Assembly: GCA_041736175.1 (NCBI GenBank)
Contig: JBGSUI010000204.1
Location: forward strand, 1 to 11,009
Length of the DNA stretch: 11,009 nucleotides
Origin: Oligoflexales bacterium
Lineage (GTDB): Bacteria > Bdellovibrionota_B > Oligoflexia > Oligoflexales > CAIYRB01
Direction: 5' to 3'
Below are positions 8,070 to 11,009 of the stretch, piece after piece (within the stretch, counting starts at the first letter, position 1; each line of letters starts with the position of its first letter). The translations under genes and the position numbers were made by a program. The notes below the pieces were generated by a model. The model saw only the letters and a list, made by a program, of their open reading frames with translations. It did not search any database and had not been told where the DNA came from.

Positions 8070-8409
8070 AGTACAGACTCCAAAAGGGGCTCAATTCTTA
8101 AATACAGGTTTTCTGCTTCCAACAATACACGACTCACTCGCATTTTTCATCAGCCATCGATCTTAGAGATCCCATTTATCGTAAAACTTTTGTTTTTATC
8201 CCCCTGAGGTCCAAGATTCACACAGTGGGCTCACATTTTCTTAGGAGTGAATTGTAAAGGTTTCTGCTTTAAACATGCTCTTAGGAAAGACCTTTATAAA
8301 AAGGAAATTTATTTTTAATTCCGAAATCAAACCAATGAATTAAGATAATAAAAATCCGCCTCACAAACCCGTAAGAATGACCCAATAATCGGCTTTTATA
8401 GACAAAAAG

Positions 8410-8458
8410 TATAATTTCGAGAGATAATAAGAAAAGATCAATCCCCAATTTAAAGGAG
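8410..8458 (+). promoter_or_regulatory. Candidate -10 box and ribosome-binding site of the GDSL hydrolase gene
   Basis: TATAAT at 8410-8415 with no convincing -35 at 17 bp. AAGGAG at 8453-8458, 7 nt before ATG 8466. Confidence 0.45.
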
Positions 8459-8465
8459 TCAACTC

Positions 8466-9530
8466 ATGAAATTTAGCTTTGGAGTGATGTTATCCATATG
8501 CTTCGGCCTGATCAGCTTCCATTCGGCTTTTGGCAACCTAAACGATCCTCGCATAGGAGAGAGAACTCGCGTTCTCAAGGGCGCGACGACACCCACCCAA
8601 GAAACGCGACGGCTGTTTGTGATTGGCGATAGTCTTTCGGACTCGGATCGCAGGATGCAAACACAGTCCTATGGACTCGTACCGCCAAAAGAAATGTACT
8701 GGCAGGGCCACTTGACCAATGGGCCTACCTGGAACCAGTACCTCGCTGCAGCATTAGAAGTTCCCACCTACTCCTATGCCCTCGCCGGTGCCCGTATCAA
8801 AGAAATTAATAACTACTATATTATTCCCCCTACTCTTAAACTCTTATGGGCTGATCCAATCCACGAACAAGTCAAAAAAATGGACCAAGACAAAATCAAG
8901 TTTTCCAAAGAAGACCTGATCGCTATCTGGATTGGAGGCAACGACTACCTGTTATACCCAGACGAAAAAAAGATCCCTAGCCTCGTCGCCCATATGCGAG
9001 ATCTGCTAAATTTGCTGCAAACACGAGGAGCGTCACGGTTTGTGCTGCTCAATATTCCTGATGTCACCAAGACCCCCTTTCATACTCTTCATCTCGCAGA
9101 TATCATCATGCCCGCAAAAAAACTGCGCCCCTTGGTCATAAACCATAACAAACAACTCAATCAAATGGTCGAGGCCTACGCAAAATCATATCCACAAGTC
9201 AAAATATCTTTTGTCGACACCTTTGCTGCGATTGATGAACTATATCAAAATAGAGACCTGTTTGAGGTGGAAGAAGTAAAAAACCCGTGTATTGCTGGTG
9301 AATTTCTACCTAAAATCGTCGGCGCAGACTTTCTTTATGCTAAGAGCCTCCCTCAGCTCCAATGCCGTAACCCTGAACAACATTTTTACTGGGACCCATG
9401 GCATCCAACCACCAAAGTCCACTGTCTGACAGCCGCCAAAGTCCTCGAAGTCCTTATGAACGACCAAGTAGTCAATACTTTTGATTTTCATGATGTGGCA
9501 CGACGATGCCTTATGACCCAGGCACCCTAA
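8466..9530 (+). CDS. Secreted SGNH/GDSL lipase/acylhydrolase (lysophospholipase / thermolabile-hemolysin-like)
   Basis: Block I VIGDSLSD, TNGPTW, block II YALAGA, block III IWIGGNDY, block V FYWDPWHPT. N-terminal Sec signal peptide (MKFSFGVMLSICFGLISFHSAFG). Strong RBS. Confidence 0.92.
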   Translation: MKFSFGVMLSICFGLISFHSAFGNLNDPRIGERTRVLKGATTPTQETRRLFVIGDSLSDSDRRMQTQSYGLVPPKEMYWQGHLTNGPTWNQYLAAALEVPTYSYALAGARIKEINNYYIIPPTLKLLWADPIHEQVKKMDQDKIKFSKEDLIAIWIGGNDYLLYPDEKKIPSLVAHMRDLLNLLQTRGASRFVLLNIPDVTKTPFHTLHLADIIMPAKKLRPLVINHNKQLNQMVEAYAKSYPQVKISFVDTFAAIDELYQNRDLFEVEEVKNPCIAGEFLPKIVGADFLYAKSLPQLQCRNPEQHFYWDPWHPTTKVHCLTAAKVLEVLMNDQVVNTFDFHDVARRCLMTQAP

Positions 9531-9653
9531 AAGCGATTCGTGGAGATCCCGTGGTTTTTTTAAAAAATCAAAATATCGACTGGAATAATCCAAAAACCCA
9601 TGCCATGATCTTAGAGACTCGGATCTCCATTACCTAAACTTTAAGGTGTCCCC

Positions 9654-10046
9654 TTGCCAGAGCGACCTACCCAACTAAGCCCCCGGGACCCCTATGGGCC
9701 TAAATCTCCCCATGTCCGTAGCATCATCTTAGATTTAGTCTTTACCTTGTTAACCTGCGGTCTTTGGAATTTGAGGGTTCAATATGCCCAAATGCAGGCC
9801 CTCAATGAGATCCTTAAAGAAAACAAATACCGATTCGGGAAGTGGTTGCTGTTTTGTGTCATAACATGCGGACTCTATCACTTTTATCACGAGTATCTGA
9901 AGAGTGTGGATATAGCTCGGGTGATCAAAAAGACCCACGAGGAGCCTGTGATCGAAATCGTTCTTATGGTCATGGGACTAGCCTTTGTGGCAGATGCCAT
10001 CCAACAATCGTCCATCAATGCCTACTACGGGGATCATCAAGTATAG
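9654..10046 (+). CDS. Small membrane protein, DUF4234-like
   Basis: RSIILDLVFTLLTCGLWNLRVQY and a second repeat LLFCVITCGLYHFYHEY, ending IQQSSIN. This duplicated LxxxTCG(L/I)(Y/W) pattern is characteristic of DUF4234. The TTG start is uncertain (AAGGTG at 9644-9649). Confidence 0.75.
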   Translation: MPERPTQLSPRDPYGPKSPHVRSIILDLVFTLLTCGLWNLRVQYAQMQALNEILKENKYRFGKWLLFCVITCGLYHFYHEYLKSVDIARVIKKTHEEPVIEIVLMVMGLAFVADAIQQSSINAYYGDHQV

Positions 10047-10082
10047 CAGCTGCCTCACGAGGTGACACAAAGGAAAGTGGTG

Positions 10083-10397
10083 ATGCGTCTATCACTCAAT
10101 CTACTGCTCATTCCAGGTCTCCTGGGAGTTTTTGCAGGGGTTCAAGGGCTCCATAGAATCTTCCAAATACCCATAGAGACCATCGCCATGGCAGTGCCTT
10201 TAAAATGTCCTTTAAAGCTCTACTTAGGTCTCTCCTGTCCCACCTGTGGCCTGGGCCGGGCGGTCCTTTGTATTCTGGCAGGACGCCTCAATGATTCAGT
10301 GCAATACCATATTCTAGGGATCCCAACGTTTATCGCTATCTGTGGCCTATGTTTTTTCCATGGTTCTAAGGCCATCGCTAAACTCATGACGACTTAA
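10083..10397 (+). CDS. Small membrane protein, DUF2752-like
   Basis: CPLKLYLGLSCPTCGLGRAVLCILAGRLNDSVQYHILG matches the DUF2752 pattern CP...G..CPxCG..RA. The ORF is open from GTG 10062, but AAGGA at 10070-10074 favours ATG 10083. Confidence 0.8.
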   Translation: MRLSLNLLLIPGLLGVFAGVQGLHRIFQIPIETIAMAVPLKCPLKLYLGLSCPTCGLGRAVLCILAGRLNDSVQYHILGIPTFIAICGLCFFHGSKAIAKLMTT

Positions 10398-10412
10398 GAC
10401 CAGGGGAGACCT

Positions 10413-10772
10413 TTAAAGGGGAGCGACACCCATGATAAGCGGTTTGAGGTCATTTTCTAAGGCTAACCACTGCTGCCTTAGACTCTCCTCAAGCCCGATC
10501 TCAAGCAAGACCTCAGCCATAAGCACCTGTCTTCGGCCAAAGTGAGCGCCTTTGATCCTGAGGTTTCGGTGGGCAGCCACGAGAGATTGGCCACGATAAT
10601 TTCTGGGGCCTCCCAGAGCTGCCGTGGCAAAATCGATCTGTAGGTTTGTGATATGCTCCCGATCTTTTCCAAAGAAAAAATGGCCTATAATGCCATCCTG
10701 AAATGCCCGTTTATAAAACTCGGTGATGGAATCATGGATAACAGCAGAACCGATTTGTTCGTATAGGGACAT
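10413..10772 (-). CDS. glbN: Group I truncated hemoglobin (trHbN/GlbN-like), 119 aa
   Basis: MSLYEQIG, B9-B10 FY, CD1 Phe (HFF), E11 Gln (LQIDF), ALGGPRNYRG, proximal F8 His (VAAH), then AHF. Start reassigned from GTG 10853 to ATG 10772 because GGAGG (10785-10781) lies 8 nt upstream. Confidence 0.88.
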   Translation of the reverse strand: MSLYEQIGSAVIHDSITEFYKRAFQDGIIGHFFFGKDREHITNLQIDFATAALGGPRNYRGQSLVAAHRNLRIKGAHFGRRQVLMAEVLLEIGLEESLRQQWLALENDLKPLIMGVAPL

Positions 10773-10780
10773 GGGAAAAG

Positions 10781-10799
10781 CCTCCGCACTGGCATTATA
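10781..10799 (-). promoter_or_regulatory. Candidate -10 box and RBS for the truncated hemoglobin gene
   Basis: Minus-strand TATAAT at 10799-10794 and GGAGG at 10785-10781. The -35 position (ATGTAA) matches consensus poorly. Confidence 0.45.
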
Positions 10800-11009
10800 T
10801 TCGATTAAAGAGACTTTTACATCTAAAAACGCACTTTTTAGCACCTCGGCCACTACGATTCCCTAAAGTCAGCGCCGGCTGAAAGTTCTCTAGAACCCGC
10901 GCACAGACTGGGTTTTTTGCGACTCCAATTTTCGCTCATCTTTCCAAAACCTATCTGAGGTCGGCTAAGCTCGATCCAAAAATAAATTTAAAGTATTTAA
11001 AATTTAAAA

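Noticed and set aside
9535..9561. Terminator after the GDSL gene
   Set aside because: A T7 run is present, but the preceding stem is weak and bulged, so the call cannot be supported.
480..10672. Short alternative-frame and antisense ORFs of 60-105 aa in the ORF track (e.g. 1513-1713, 3700-3966, 6493-6783, 9842-10156)
   Set aside because: All lie within or opposite well-supported genes and show no recognisable motifs. They are consistent with shadow ORFs.
10773..10853. 27-aa N-terminal extension of the globin from GTG 10853
   Set aside because: A strong RBS and a TATAAT box lie within this stretch ahead of ATG 10772, and the family-typical N-terminus is MSLYE.
10853..10939. 28-aa minus-strand micro-ORF (MSENWSRKK...) and short palindromes upstream of the globin
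   Set aside because: Too short, poorly spaced RBS, no motif, and 5-bp stems are expected by chance.

Overview
Bacterial chromosomal window with eight credible coding regions and no RNA genes, CRISPR array, transposase or integrase. Left to right: (1) a 5'-degraded or truncated + strand ORF with a papain/NlpC-P60-like half-domain, an N/T/S/P-rich linker and a small C-terminal two-Cys module; (2) an AT-rich, minus-strand YfhO-like/GT-C-type polytopic membrane protein gene, bracketed by two 52-bp hairpin-forming direct repeats (50/52 identical), which looks like an integrase-free inserted cassette; (3) a tightly coupled minus-strand operon of long-chain acyl-CoA ligase, an unusual stand-alone M24 (pita-bread) metallohydrolase and a FadN-type 3-hydroxyacyl-CoA dehydrogenase/enoyl-CoA hydratase, with no thiolase or acyl-CoA dehydrogenase; (4) a divergently transcribed secreted GDSL/SGNH lipase; (5) a DUF4234-like plus DUF2752-like small membrane protein pair; (6) a convergent group I truncated hemoglobin. 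The two best candidates for something undescribed are the repeat-bounded membrane glycosyltransferase cassette and the GDSL/FadD/M24/FadN putative lipid or N-acyl-amide scavenging module. All family assignments come from motif recognition by eye, not from database searches.
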